Part shown: positions 20,604 through 31,029 of the stretch, in pieces
Layout of the letters: the number at the start of each line of letters is the position of its first letter
Position numbering within the stretch: the first letter of the stretch is position 1
Source: an uncultured archaeon
GTDB lineage: Archaea > Asgardarchaeota > Thorarchaeia > Thorarchaeales > Thorarchaeaceae
DNA: 64,000 nucleotides
NCBI GenBank assembly: GCA_964610875.1
Contig: CAZSWP010000003.1
Span: forward strand, 80,113 to 144,112
Reading direction: 5' to 3'
Made by a program: the position numbers and the translations under genes
The notes under the pieces: model-generated
The model's database searches: none
Seen by the model: only the letters and a program-made list of their open reading frames with translations
Told to the model about the DNA's origin: nothing

Positions 20604-21017
20604 AGTATTATTTGTATTACATTTTATGTAATCTATGTCAAGCGATGAAAATAGGTAAAAATAAAATTGGCACGAATGTGTCGATTCACACGTAGACCCA
20701 ATGCGTTGAGGAATCCACAGGAACTCGTATCATTAGCATTACCATCATCTGAGGTATTTGCGAGGAGATAGAGATGGTAACAACCAATCTCCGAGTTAGC
20801 CTGCAGATCATTTTCCACAAGCATTGAGTGTTCATCGTAAATACGACACACTCACTATATAGTAAGTTCAAACTTCTACATAGTTCTAATCCTAGAACGA
20901 GGTGTTACTCAAATAATCTCAATAACATTAAAAGATAATATCGATTCTCTATACTATTATAAGTAATAATCGTATTACAATAGCCATCTACAAAATGCGC
21001 AATCTACTTTATATAAA

Positions 21018-22274
21018 ATGCATTACAAAATGGTGATCACTTTGAGAGATAATGACCCCCTGGATAAACTAAGACGATCTGCAAAAAGATACATTGAGAA
21101 AAAAAGTGAGAAGGAACTATTGGAACTAATTGTAAATTGTATTGGTGAGCGCCGTTCAAATGATTTACTTGATATTCTTGCGTCTGAAGAATCAAAAAGG
21201 GGCTGGCAAAAAGTTGTGTTTGATATAAAACACATACTTGGAATGAGATATTCTATACCTCTAGGATTCACAAAAAATAAACTTGAAATTGAAGAGCTGA
21301 AGTTTAGAGAAGTTATCTTCGACACACTAGGATGCCGAGGTCTTGAAGCAATTCCTTTGAGTATAGATTTGATACTTGAGAAACTAAATACATGTGAGAA
21401 TATGACTGAGGCACAGAATACTCTAGCAGTGCTATGTGAGGAAGGGTTGAATGAATTAATCAGCAAGGGGGCACTACTTTTCTTTGACTCATCAGAATTT
21501 GCTGCTACTATTAAATCAGAATTACTGAGTCAAATTGAAAGTCGCCAGGAACAAAATATCTCACAACTTTATTTATCACGAGATGATCAATACATAGATA
21601 TCACCGCTCTTTGGCACACAGAATTAGGCAGAAGAGCACTTCTCAATATTGGAATAAAAGGAACTAAAATCACGGAAACTCAAATGGACCTTGTAATATC
21701 TGTATTACAAGTATCACGAGAAACGAAAAAATATCTGATGGAATCCTTATCTGAGAACAAACAAGCGATTGAAACCAAATCTCTCAACCCATTGTATAAC
21801 GAACTACTACAGTACATGATTGAATGGAACATTTCTGGTCTTCGCTCTCTTGGAAGTAGATTTGCAATACCATTATTCAGACATATCACAATCTTTTCTT
21901 TTGAAAAATACTCAACTACTGAAGATAGTAAAACATACAATGAATATCTCGAAAGTCTGAAAAATCATGTACTTGTTAGAACATCTGAATCACTAGAAAT
22001 ACTTGAATATCTCTCTCAGAAATCAGACCCAAGAATTGCAAGCCCTGCAATCACATATCTTGGAAACTTTTACACAGCAACAGTATCATCAATATTGGTA
22101 GATCTCGTCTGTTCAAGTAAGAAAAAAGTAATTCAACATACCGCTGTTACAGCATTGAAAAACGTCCAAACAAGATGCCCAGAAACTAAGAATATAGTTG
22201 AGCTTGCTCTTAAAGCAGATTGCCAGAATAGAGGAAGACTATTGAAGTTTTATAGAGATTTGTGGCAAAAGTGA
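21018..22274 (+). CDS. Alpha-helical hypothetical protein with C-terminal HEAT-like repeats
   Basis: 418-aa ORF; SDPRIASPAITYLGNF and KKVIQHTAVTALKNV are HEAT-like segments. Confidence 0.7.
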   Translation: MHYKMVITLRDNDPLDKLRRSAKRYIEKKSEKELLELIVNCIGERRSNDLLDILASEESKRGWQKVVFDIKHILGMRYSIPLGFTKNKLEIEELKFREVIFDTLGCRGLEAIPLSIDLILEKLNTCENMTEAQNTLAVLCEEGLNELISKGALLFFDSSEFAATIKSELLSQIESRQEQNISQLYLSRDDQYIDITALWHTELGRRALLNIGIKGTKITETQMDLVISVLQVSRETKKYLMESLSENKQAIETKSLNPLYNELLQYMIEWNISGLRSLGSRFAIPLFRHITIFSFEKYSTTEDSKTYNEYLESLKNHVLVRTSESLEILEYLSQKSDPRIASPAITYLGNFYTATVSSILVDLVCSSKKKVIQHTAVTALKNVQTRCPETKNIVELALKADCQNRGRLLKFYRDLWQK

Positions 22275-22356
22275 CCGTATTACAAGTATTAAAAACAATA
22301 CAAATCTAACTGCCATCTCGACAGACATAAAACCCACTTGTATCTAGCTCATTATC

Positions 22357-23751
22357 ATGATGGTAAGAAATGAGATTGTGGAGGAACTAGACTCATTTTT
22401 CAATCCGAAAAGAGTTGCACTAGTAGGAGCCTCTGCTGACTATAGAAAACTGGGTAATTCAATATTGATGAATTTACTTGCATCAGAAATTGAAATTTAT
22501 CCTATTACTATCAGTCGTGACCGTGTTTTAGGCGTCAATGCATATCCAAATCTCCATGATTTACCACAGCCTGTTGATCTTGTTATCATTGCTGTGGCAG
22601 CAAAATATTGTACTGGACTCATGTCAGAAGTCCGAAAAGCTGGAGCAAGAAATGCTATAGTAATATCTGGTGGATTTAGTGAAACTGGGGAGGAGGGGAA
22701 GAAACTTGAGAAACAACTTGTAGATGCTGCTAAGGCTGAGGGTGTCAGGATAATTGGTCCTAATTGTGTAGGAGTTTCAAATAGTAGATTGTTCAATGGC
22801 ACATTTACTATGATGCCCGAGAGAGGAAATATTGCTCTTCTCTCTCAAAGTGGTGCATTAGGTGGAATGACCATATACACTACAAGAACAAAACGAATTG
22901 GGATGAGCAAATTTGTTAGCCTTGGGAATGCAGCTGATGTCAGTTTCACTGAAGTCCTTGAGTATTTCAGATATGACCAGAGAACGAACGTGATTGCAGT
23001 CTATGTTGAAGGTGTAGATGAGGGTCGTGATTTTTATGAAGCATTAAAGAGAGCCTCGAGCGAAAAACCTGTTGTAGTTCTCAAGGGGGGAAGAAGTGAG
23101 GCTGGGGCAAAAGCAACCATGAGTCATACAGGGTCTCTTGCAGGTTCTATCAAAGTCTTTGATGGAATGATACGCCAAGCAGGTTGCGTGACTGCTCCTA
23201 CATTTGATTCATTCTTTGAAGTTTGTAAATTATTTGATTATCAACCTTTACCGAAAGGTCGTAATATTGGTATTATTAGTAATACAGGGGGAGCTGGTGT
23301 TCTCGCTACTGATAAAGCGACCGACATGAACCTTGAAGTACCAGTTTTAAATCCTGAAACACGAAATGAATTAAGACAAGCCCTCTCTCCTATGGCATCA
23401 ATTGAAAACCCAATCGATGTTGTTGCTAGTGGTGGAAGAAGGGAATACCGTATTGCTACAGAGTTATTGTTGAAAGATTCCAATGTTGATATGTTGTTAG
23501 TCATATGTGGCGTTCCAACCTTTGCAGGGATGACCCAAACTGAACATGCTGCTGGTACACTTGAAGGGGTACGGATGGCTGAAACTAGTAAACCAGTAGT
23601 GGGTGTTTGGCTCGCTGGCAATGTTGGAAAACCTGGAAAAGATCTTCTGGAGATGAATCGCATTCCTTGTTATGATGATCCAGCATTAGGTATTCTCTGC
23701 ATGACTAAGATGGCTGAATATGCTGAAATGCACAGTCATATGAACTTGTAG
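22357..23751 (+). CDS. acdA: Acetate/acyl-CoA ligase (ADP-forming) alpha subunit
   Basis: VALVGAS, ISGGFSETG, IIGPNCVG, SQSGALG, SHTGSLAG phospho-His motif, NPIDV. Confidence 0.92.
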   Translation: MMVRNEIVEELDSFFNPKRVALVGASADYRKLGNSILMNLLASEIEIYPITISRDRVLGVNAYPNLHDLPQPVDLVIIAVAAKYCTGLMSEVRKAGARNAIVISGGFSETGEEGKKLEKQLVDAAKAEGVRIIGPNCVGVSNSRLFNGTFTMMPERGNIALLSQSGALGGMTIYTTRTKRIGMSKFVSLGNAADVSFTEVLEYFRYDQRTNVIAVYVEGVDEGRDFYEALKRASSEKPVVVLKGGRSEAGAKATMSHTGSLAGSIKVFDGMIRQAGCVTAPTFDSFFEVCKLFDYQPLPKGRNIGIISNTGGAGVLATDKATDMNLEVPVLNPETRNELRQALSPMASIENPIDVVASGGRREYRIATELLLKDSNVDMLLVICGVPTFAGMTQTEHAAGTLEGVRMAETSKPVVGVWLAGNVGKPGKDLLEMNRIPCYDDPALGILCMTKMAEYAEMHSHMNL

Positions 23752-23776
23752 TAATTGTATTATTTGTAATACACCA

Positions 23777-24082
23777 TTATTCAAGATACTTGTTTGCAAG
23801 TTCCGGAAACTCGTCTGTAACTGCATCCCTAAGCTTGCGCTCGACCCACATACTTAGATTGATTGCACGCTCATTTCTTACAGACTGAAGACAAGACCTA
23901 AGTTCAGTTGTAACACTGAATGACATTATTGGACTTCGTCTCTCACTGTTAGGAACAGCTGAGGGAGTTTCAGTCCTTCTAACCCGGGTCTGGCTGGTAG
24001 ATTCAGTTGTTGATGTTGTTTCGTCTTTGTCTTTTTCATCTCTACCTTGTTCATCTTTCCGGTACTTTCCTAAGAGACTCAT
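23777..24082 (-). CDS. Ribbon-helix-helix protein with long disordered N-terminal tail (ParG/omega/SegB-like architecture)
   Basis: Low-complexity S/T/E/R N-terminal half, then IMSFSVTTELRSCLQSVRNERAINLSMWVERKLRDAV (beta-helix-helix). Its ATG overlaps the upstream stop (TAATG). Confidence 0.7.
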   Translation of the reverse strand: MSLLGKYRKDEQGRDEKDKDETTSTTESTSQTRVRRTETPSAVPNSERRSPIMSFSVTTELRSCLQSVRNERAINLSMWVERKLRDAVTDEFPELANKYLE

Positions 24083-25056
24083 TATCTGACCTCCCTAAGT
24101 AACGTCGCATATGCATCGGAAACTAGTGATGCTATCTCTTCATTAACCTCAGGATTTCCATTGCTCCTGAAGTTTTCAGCAGCTACTTGTTGACAACCAC
24201 GAGCTAACATTCTGATATCGCGAGGATTGCCTTTTGCAGCTGAATTGATTATATCAATCGCCTTCTCATGGAATGGATAAAGATCAAAATCATTTAGATC
24301 GAATGTGTCAATCTCACCACGTGCATATGCCAACCGTCGTCCTATGAACTCCTTTGCCTTCATAGCATCAAATGCAGGCACATCAAGGGGTTCAGTTCTA
24401 TCAGCAATCTGTGGAAGATATGATAGCATAGCATTCCAATACATTGCAGTACCACTCATCACAAGAGTCACAATTGGTTCATCTAATGACTGTCCATGGC
24501 CTGCAATCATCTCTTCTGTAGGTAAATCTGCCAAGTAGCGTAATTTATGAAATGCTGCTTCCTGATTATCCGCAACATCTTCTATGAATAGTGCAGTACG
24601 ACTTTGTTCTTCCATATATCTCCGAAGACATTCTTGAGCCACTGCTTCGATAATCTGACTAGACTCCCAAGACCTCCGATATTTTACTCGTAATGAATCG
24701 GCAATAGCTGCCGACATTTGCTTCTCGTATAACCCAGTCATTCCAACATAACCAGTGACGAATTTGTTACCACGTCGATCTGCCAGTGTTGGCAGGTCTC
24801 TCAGGGCAAGTAACATCAATGTACTTTTTCCAGAACCAACAGGTCCACGAAGGAATACATGTCGCTCGTTTGTTATTATCAAATCTACAATAGAGTCAAG
24901 AAAGTCTGCATGCTCTATATAGAGCCGACTATCTGGCATCTTGAAACCACGAAATGGTGAGAATTTGGCCCTGATTTTATCCTCCCAAGCTTTTAGGGTT
25001 TCTTTTCGTGTATTGAAGTGACGTATTAGAGCACTCTCATGAATTGCAATTGTCAT
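24082..25056 (-). CDS. ExeA/GspA-like (AAA_22, Orc1/Cdc6-related) AAA+ ATPase
   Basis: VFLRGPVGSGKST Walker A, ALFIED variant Walker B, LVMSGT sensor-1, PQIADR Arg finger, PF.EKAIDII..AAKGNPRDIRML lid; start ATG 25056 or GTG 25074. Confidence 0.85.
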   Translation of the reverse strand: MTIAIHESALIRHFNTRKETLKAWEDKIRAKFSPFRGFKMPDSRLYIEHADFLDSIVDLIITNERHVFLRGPVGSGKSTLMLLALRDLPTLADRRGNKFVTGYVGMTGLYEKQMSAAIADSLRVKYRRSWESSQIIEAVAQECLRRYMEEQSRTALFIEDVADNQEAAFHKLRYLADLPTEEMIAGHGQSLDEPIVTLVMSGTAMYWNAMLSYLPQIADRTEPLDVPAFDAMKAKEFIGRRLAYARGEIDTFDLNDFDLYPFHEKAIDIINSAAKGNPRDIRMLARGCQQVAAENFRSNGNPEVNEEIASLVSDAYATLLREVR

Positions 25057-25289
25057 GGCTCGGCCTCGTATCACATGTAGTTATTGTAATACAATTTCAA
25101 TACACTGCCCATTCATAAAGGTTCCGTGCGTTCAAAATACTTTATTCAAACAGCGCCAATAAAAAGCAATGTTTCAATAACATGGTATTAACTGTAATAC
25201 ATTCCAATCACGAAAATCCGAACATGGCACAACCTTTTTCAACCAATTGCTTTCGTGATTCAGTAGTTGACGCAAGGAGTCACAAGAAA

Positions 25290-25568
25290 ATGGACGTTGA
25301 CAGGACTCAGCGAATTCTGACATCATTAATGATCATCAGTTTTCTAGTATTCGGCCTTTTAGCTGGAATCATTTTGATCACTGATGCACCATTGGACGCA
25401 TCCACTACCTCACTGCCTTTTGCTTTTCTATTCATATCAGGAATGACACTGATAATTACCGGACAAATAAATGAGCGTCCAAAACGGGTAGATAGATACC
25501 TACGACAATGGTTGGTCATCTGTGTTTTTGTTGCCGTTCTTAGTGCTCTTGCATTTACACTTGCATAG
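25290..25568 (+). CDS. Small 3-TM membrane protein
   Basis: AGGAG SD before ATG 25290; three hydrophobic helices. Confidence 0.7.
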   Translation: MDVDRTQRILTSLMIISFLVFGLLAGIILITDAPLDASTTSLPFAFLFISGMTLIITGQINERPKRVDRYLRQWLVICVFVAVLSALAFTLA

Positions 25569-25660
25569 AAACACCTATCGCAATAGTTTTAGGAATGCGA
25601 AAATGCAGTGGATTTATTGAGTAATGACTCAATATACTGAGCCATGAAAAAGTGATTATT

Positions 25661-26290
25661 ATGAGCAAGGTTCTGCCAGGAACAAAGACTACTCGAAGCG
25701 AACTACTTCGAATAAAGACAAGAATGCGTCTTGCAGAACGTGGTCATGATTTATTAAAAGAAAAACGTGACTCCCTTGTTTTAGAGTTTTTTAATGCTAT
25801 TGCTGAAATAAAAGAAGCACGTGACAAGATGGAAAAAGCTCTCGATGAAGCTTTTTCAAGTCTTACACAAGCAAAGATGATTATGGGTCCTGCTCGAGTA
25901 ATTGAATTCGCTCATGCGAGTAAAGTACGAACTGACCTATCGATTACCACTCGTTCAATGATGGGTGTCCGTGTTCCGGTAATCTCTGTTGAACAACAAG
26001 TACCTGAACTTCCTTATTCTCTCCCTGACTCAAGTGCAAGGCTTGATACAATGAGTCTGAAATTTAGAGAGGCTCTAAAGGCAATAATACACCTTGCCGA
26101 AATTGAATCTGCAATCAAGCGCCTCGCTCTTGAAATAGAAAGGACAAAACGCAGAGTTTCTGCTCTCGAAACTGTGGTAATACCACGACTAGATGCAACC
26201 CAGAGATTTGTGAAACTGGCACTCGAAGAACGCGAGCGAGAAGACTTCATTCGTCTGAAGATCATCCGTGATCGGATGGAAAACGAATAA
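25661..26290 (+). CDS. atpD: A/V-type ATP synthase subunit D (stand-alone)
   Basis: TRSELLRIK..MRLAERGHDLLKEKRD, EIERTKRRVSALE, LEEREREDFIRLK. Confidence 0.93.
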   Translation: MSKVLPGTKTTRSELLRIKTRMRLAERGHDLLKEKRDSLVLEFFNAIAEIKEARDKMEKALDEAFSSLTQAKMIMGPARVIEFAHASKVRTDLSITTRSMMGVRVPVISVEQQVPELPYSLPDSSARLDTMSLKFREALKAIIHLAEIESAIKRLALEIERTKRRVSALETVVIPRLDATQRFVKLALEEREREDFIRLKIIRDRMENE

Positions 26291-26294
26291 TACA

Positions 26295-26672
26295 CTAGGT
26301 TTTTCTAAGTTTTAAAATAGCTGCAGCCAAATCTCCACCCGTTTCCTTCAAAGTTTCAATTGCAGTTTCAATATCCACACCTGTCTGGCCTGCCACTAAT
26401 GCTGCATCTTCAACTGGAATCTCAATCTCAGATTCTGCTACTTCTGTGACTTCACCACCAGATGTGAGTCCACGTTCTATCTTATTTCCTGATACTTGAT
26501 ATGATTCATTCCCTGCTTGCTTAATGACCATCACTTGCGCATTAGCAATCTGCCATTCTTTATCTTCAAAACGAATAATGACCTCTTTAACTCCTTTTAG
26601 CTCATTTTGTTCAATACCCATTTTTTTCATCATTCGTGCCATCTGTTTAGGTGATAGTCCTCGAAATCCCAT
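26295..26672 (-). CDS. nac: Nascent polypeptide-associated complex protein
   Basis: PKQMARMMKKMGI, VKEVII, C-terminal UBA-like EDAALVAGQTGV...GDLAAAILKL. Confidence 0.93.
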   Translation of the reverse strand: MGFRGLSPKQMARMMKKMGIEQNELKGVKEVIIRFEDKEWQIANAQVMVIKQAGNESYQVSGNKIERGLTSGGEVTEVAESEIEIPVEDAALVAGQTGVDIETAIETLKETGGDLAAAILKLRKT

Positions 26673-26765
26673 TATTCATTCCTCAGAAATCTGTAATTTT
26701 GATATCAATTACTTTCCTCTTTAGTGAAATAATTATGGCCACTGATAAAACGGTTGTGCTCTAGT

Positions 26766-27593
26766 TCAAATAGATTCCAGCTCTATGTCAAAAACAAAAT
26801 GGATAATATTGGGCGAATAGTATTTTATTTTACGTATTTCAATACTAGCAGTGAAATTATATTTCCCAGAAATAGTATTAATTGTATTACAAACATTATG
26901 GATTGAATCTGGATGTGATGCAAGATGCATATGTATGGCACCTCCTCTCTTGGAAAGTGTTTCAAGGGCGTAGGGCAGAAACTCTGTAGTGCTATGCAAG
27001 TAACCCATCACAATCCTATCTGCTATACCAATAGGATGTACCTTCCTACAGTCTCCCAAAATTGCTTCCATTCTATCAGTTACATTATTGAGTTGAATGT
27101 TTTCCTGTAAATAAGAGTGTGCTAAAGGACTGATTTCAATAGCTATCACTTTTGCTCCACTCCTACTAGCTATATGCAACCCGAATTGTCCTACACATGC
27201 AAACATATCCACAACGGTTTCTGAGGGATCGACCAAGTCCGGCAAACGAATTCGCTCTGCACGATTACCTCCAGAAAAAGTAATCTTCAATGGGTCAAGT
27301 TTGAACTTTACTCCACTTTCAATGTGTGTGGTGACAGTGTTAGAATCTCCTGCAAACAACTTGTATTGTGGTTCTCTGATCTCTCCTTTTGTGCCTCCAA
27401 CCTTAATAGCAATAGACTTTGCCTTTTTCTCATACTGCAGCGTAAGCTCTGCAATCATTTTGGATAGAACAGCAACCTCATTTTTTATCTGTAGTAGGAC
27501 GACATGTCCTACAACGTGGTAACCTTGTGGTAAGCTAGACTCTGATGTAACATATTCTCTGAGTTCTGTTTTGAGGAAATTCCTATATTTCAT
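26766..27593 (-). CDS. Trm5/TYW2 (Taw2-like) SAM-dependent tRNA modification enzyme
   Basis: HIESGVKFKLDP.KITFSGGN..ER, VVDMFACVGQF, DRIVMGY. Confidence 0.85.
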   Translation of the reverse strand: MKYRNFLKTELREYVTSESSLPQGYHVVGHVVLLQIKNEVAVLSKMIAELTLQYEKKAKSIAIKVGGTKGEIREPQYKLFAGDSNTVTTHIESGVKFKLDPLKITFSGGNRAERIRLPDLVDPSETVVDMFACVGQFGLHIASRSGAKVIAIEISPLAHSYLQENIQLNNVTDRMEAILGDCRKVHPIGIADRIVMGYLHSTTEFLPYALETLSKRGGAIHMHLASHPDSIHNVCNTINTISGKYNFTASIEIRKIKYYSPNIIHFVFDIELESI

Positions 27594-27615
27594 TGTAATT
27601 CATGTATTACAATTT

Positions 27616-28890
27616 TTAGCAGTATATACCTGCAGGAGCATCTTGTCCGCCTTTTCCACGAACTTGCATCTTTATAATGGCTTTCTGGAAATCATCATGT
27701 GTTACGCAGGTTCGTCCATCACGGATTGCAAACATACCTGCTTCCGTACACATTGCTTTGATATCCGCTCCAGTCTTGTTCTGAGTGAGAAGAACAATTT
27801 GATCAATATCTAATTCCTTGTCAATATTCATACCACGTATGTGAATCTTGATTATCTCTTTCCTGCTTACTTGATCTGGCATTGGAAAGTCAATTATTCT
27901 ATCAAAACGACCCGGTCTCAAAAGGGCTGGATCAAGGATATCAGGTCGGTTCGTTGCTCCAATAATGGCAACTTGACCTCTTGTTTCGAACCCATCAAGC
28001 TCGCTAAGAAGTTGCATTAATGTACGTTGTACTTCTCTATCTCCAGATGTAGCAATATCAAGTCTGTGTGAACCAACAGCATCAAGTTCGTCAATAAACA
28101 CAATGGCAGGAGATTTCTCTTTTGCAAGCATGAATATCTCTCTTACCAACCTGGCACCTTCACCGATGAATTTCTGGACAAGCTCGGATCCAATGACTCT
28201 TATGAAAGTGGCATTGGTTTCATGTGCGACGGCTCTAGCGCTGAGTGTTTTACCTGTTCCAGGAAGTCCAGTAAGCAATACTCCTTTTGGAGGTTCTATG
28301 CCCACTTCCTTAAACAGGTCGGGCTTTATTAATGGCAATTCAACAGTTTCCCTAATCTCTCGTAATTGATCTTCCAAGCCTCCAATATCGCTATAGGATA
28401 CTTCTGGAGCTTCTTCAATCTCCATAGCTCTAATCATTGGGTCACGAGATGGTGGGAGTTCTTGAGTCACAGCAAAAGACCTCTGATTGAGTGCAACACG
28501 CATACCTGGCTGAATCCGATTTCTGGGAATAGATGATGCCACATGGACTACAAAATTTGGTCCAGTTGAACTCTTGACAATGGCGCGTCCATCCTCAAGC
28601 ATCTCTACAATAGTTGCTGTTATCAAAGGAGAAGAACGTAGTTTCTCGAGTTCCGTTCGTAAAGTCTGTGTTTCCTTTTCCAATCTACTACGCTCTGCAT
28701 GAAGAATTTGTTTTTCGGTTTCCAATGCTCGAAGTCGACGTTCAAGATGTCTTGTATAACTCTGTGAATAAGTTGAGTCATCAACGTTACCATCTTTCTT
28801 TGCATCAGTAGTTCCAGGCAAAAAGGTGCACCTCAGCTCCTCATCCTCTGCTAAGGTTTTAAGCATATCCGTATTGGTGTTTTTCATCAT
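27616..28890 (-). CDS. pan: Proteasome-activating nucleotidase
   Basis: Coiled coil and OB domain, [16 protein letters not shown]-type Walker [23 protein letters not shown]-terminal HbYX (IYC). True start may be TTG 28821. Confidence 0.95.
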   Translation of the reverse strand: MMKNTNTDMLKTLAEDEELRCTFLPGTTDAKKDGNVDDSTYSQSYTRHLERRLRALETEKQILHAERSRLEKETQTLRTELEKLRSSPLITATIVEMLEDGRAIVKSSTGPNFVVHVASSIPRNRIQPGMRVALNQRSFAVTQELPPSRDPMIRAMEIEEAPEVSYSDIGGLEDQLREIRETVELPLIKPDLFKEVGIEPPKGVLLTGLPGTGKTLSARAVAHETNATFIRVIGSELVQKFIGEGARLVREIFMLAKEKSPAIVFIDELDAVGSHRLDIATSGDREVQRTLMQLLSELDGFETRGQVAIIGATNRPDILDPALLRPGRFDRIIDFPMPDQVSRKEIIKIHIRGMNIDKELDIDQIVLLTQNKTGADIKAMCTEAGMFAIRDGRTCVTHDDFQKAIIKMQVRGKGGQDAPAGIYC

Positions 28891-28946
28891 TCAGGTCAAG
28901 CTTTATCTATGCTCTATCTTGAGAGTAATTAGAGAGGGAAGAACCC

Positions 28947-29528
28947 GTGCGCAACTGTGAACTATGTGGTCGAAGCATGAAAGGCCGCGGTAGAAACGTT
29001 GAGATAGAAGGTGCCATGATGAATGTCTGCCCTCAATGTGCTACCAAGTTTGGAAGACAGTCTTCTGACCATGACTCCAAAACCACCTCATCAACAAGAC
29101 GAACAAAACCATCATGGGTAGGACGACCCGATGTGCAGACAACTAGGCCCTCCACAACATCCTCTCCAGTCGTACACCGGAAAAAACCCCAAAAATCACG
29201 TCCAAGAGGTGGTCCTTTGATAGACGACCTTGAACTAGTTGATAATTATGCTTCAATCATTCGCAATGCAAGACAGAAAAAGGGGATGAATCAGGAGGAG
29301 CTAGCTCAGAAAATAGGTGAACGTATTACTACTCTTCAGTCCATTGAGGCAGGGCGATTGAAGCCTACACGGAAGGCAATTCGTGGACTGGAACGTGAGT
29401 TAGACGTCTCTCTTCTTGAAGCGGTTGGTACACCTCCACTGAAAGTGAGTAAGGGCAGAAGCTCTGGTGGACCTACTTTAGGTGATGTTGTAAAGGTAAA
29501 AAGGAAGAAATCACAAAAACAAGACTAA
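28947..29528 (+). CDS. mbf1: Archaeal multiprotein bridging factor aMBF1
   Basis: N-terminal CELCG...VCPQC Zn ribbon, Cro-like HTH, TLGD motif; divergent from pan. Confidence 0.9.
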   Translation: MRNCELCGRSMKGRGRNVEIEGAMMNVCPQCATKFGRQSSDHDSKTTSSTRRTKPSWVGRPDVQTTRPSTTSSPVVHRKKPQKSRPRGGPLIDDLELVDNYASIIRNARQKKGMNQEELAQKIGERITTLQSIEAGRLKPTRKAIRGLERELDVSLLEAVGTPPLKVSKGRSSGGPTLGDVVKVKRKKSQKQD

Positions 29529-29691
29529 GCTCTTATTCCGCGCAGCTTAACTAACCACAGAACAGCTCTTAAATAGTATATGAACATATATTATTATAGG
29601 TGCAAATTTCTCCCAAGTTTGGAACTTCTAATGGTCCAACAGATACAGTAGACTATCCGACTTATGATATTACCAAGGTGATTACATCAAA

Positions 29692-30222
29692 ATGGCACAT
29701 CCGACTTTCAACAGTGACTTATTCAGATTAGTAGTAGAAGAAATAGCAGGAAAAGAAGGAGTAGATGTTGCTACAGTCTTGGTAAATGCAGATGAAACAA
29801 CCGATGAAGAGATTGCTACTAAAACTGATTTGAAATTGAATGTAGTTCGTCGTATTCTTTACAAATTACATGATAATCATCTTGCCTCATATCGTCGAAT
29901 ACGTGATACAAACACTGGATGGTTTCTTTATTATTGGAAGATTGACCCAAAGAAAGCACAAACCTTAGTGAACAGGAAAAAAAGAATGGTTCTCAACCTT
30001 CTTCAACAAAGACTGGAACATGAGAGTAACAATGATTTGTATGCTTGTGTAAATCGGGATTCCTCACCTGTACCCTTCGAAGAAGCTATGAACCTTTCAT
30101 TCAGATGTCCTACATGTAATCAACCTCTTGAGTATGTTGATAACAAACAATCCGTTGATTTCCTTAAGAAGCGCGTTGAGGAATTAAAGGCTGACCTTGA
30201 GGCTACATCATCAACTACCTAG
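29692..30222 (+). CDS. tfe: Transcription factor E (alpha)
   Basis: TDEEIA...LNVVRRILYKL...TGWFLYYW, FEEAM..SFRCPTC. Confidence 0.93.
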   Translation: MAHPTFNSDLFRLVVEEIAGKEGVDVATVLVNADETTDEEIATKTDLKLNVVRRILYKLHDNHLASYRRIRDTNTGWFLYYWKIDPKKAQTLVNRKKRMVLNLLQQRLEHESNNDLYACVNRDSSPVPFEEAMNLSFRCPTCNQPLEYVDNKQSVDFLKKRVEELKADLEATSSTT

Positions 30223-30273
30223 GAATCATATGAAGGAACTCTAAGCATTATACTGAGAGGAGATTATAATTAA

Positions 30274-31029
30274 TTGAAAGAAATTGTACTAATGCCCAAA
30301 ATTTACGGTCAATACCGTAATAGACTATCCAATCAGATAGAGTCAGATATTCACGAAATGGTGCGAGAATTAGATGCCAGAATAATGCGCTTCTCTCTTG
30401 ACAATAGAGGTCATCCAAAACTCATTGTTGAAGGAAAGGACGAAGAATTTGTAATAAATGTATTACGAACTGAATTTGGTGAAGCACTAACATTTCATCA
30501 AGCACTTCCTAACACATCATATCATGGAAATTTAATTGATGTTGGAAAGGTAGGCTATGGTCTTTATATTGACATTGGAATTGTCGAACCTGAATTTTCA
30601 GATGCTTTAATCCCATTGCATAGACTTAGAGAACAACTCGATATGGAAGGCATGTCTACTCGAAAAATCGCAAAGAATCTAAATCTCGTTGATTATCTTC
30701 CAGTAGAAGTAACCATCATAGAAACAGACTCATCTGACTCAAAAATAGAGGCTGAATTTAGTGATGTTCTGCTACAGAGGCTTGAGAACTGGATCAATGA
30801 TGACCATGAACGACTTCTTGTGTTTGGCGCCAATCGAGAGATGATTGAAACTGCTTTAGGCATAACACATCATCTTGAAGACATTTATGAATTCGAACAA
30901 CTAGGGCATCTTGAGTTTGCACTGAGATGTAAAAGAAGTACACGTGCGTCAGGAATTCTTGCTGCTATAGGCCCAAAACTAAAGGGAGTTCCAATGCATC
31001 TCTTCATACCATCAGAAATAGAGAGATGA
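30274..31029 (+). CDS. DUF2110-family protein
   Basis: GKDEEFVINVLRTEFG, GKVGYGLYIDIG, ASGILAAIGP; usual neighbour of tfe. Confidence 0.8.
   Translation: MKEIVLMPKIYGQYRNRLSNQIESDIHEMVRELDARIMRFSLDNRGHPKLIVEGKDEEFVINVLRTEFGEALTFHQALPNTSYHGNLIDVGKVGYGLYIDIGIVEPEFSDALIPLHRLREQLDMEGMSTRKIAKNLNLVDYLPVEVTIIETDSSDSKIEAEFSDVLLQRLENWINDDHERLLVFGANREMIETALGITHHLEDIYEFEQLGHLEFALRCKRSTRASGILAAIGPKLKGVPMHLFIPSEIER

Noticed and set aside
20633-20871. Short minus-strand ORFs or an ncRNA in the 400-bp gap; TCCACAGGAA mini-ORB at about 20714
   Set aside because: No recognisable motif or convincing structure, and the ORB-like match lacks the G-string.
24082-25074. AAA+ ATPase as the Orc1/Cdc6 initiator or as ParA
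   Set aside because: It ends right after the lid with no winged-helix domain, and it lacks the deviant Walker A (KGGxGKT) of ParA.
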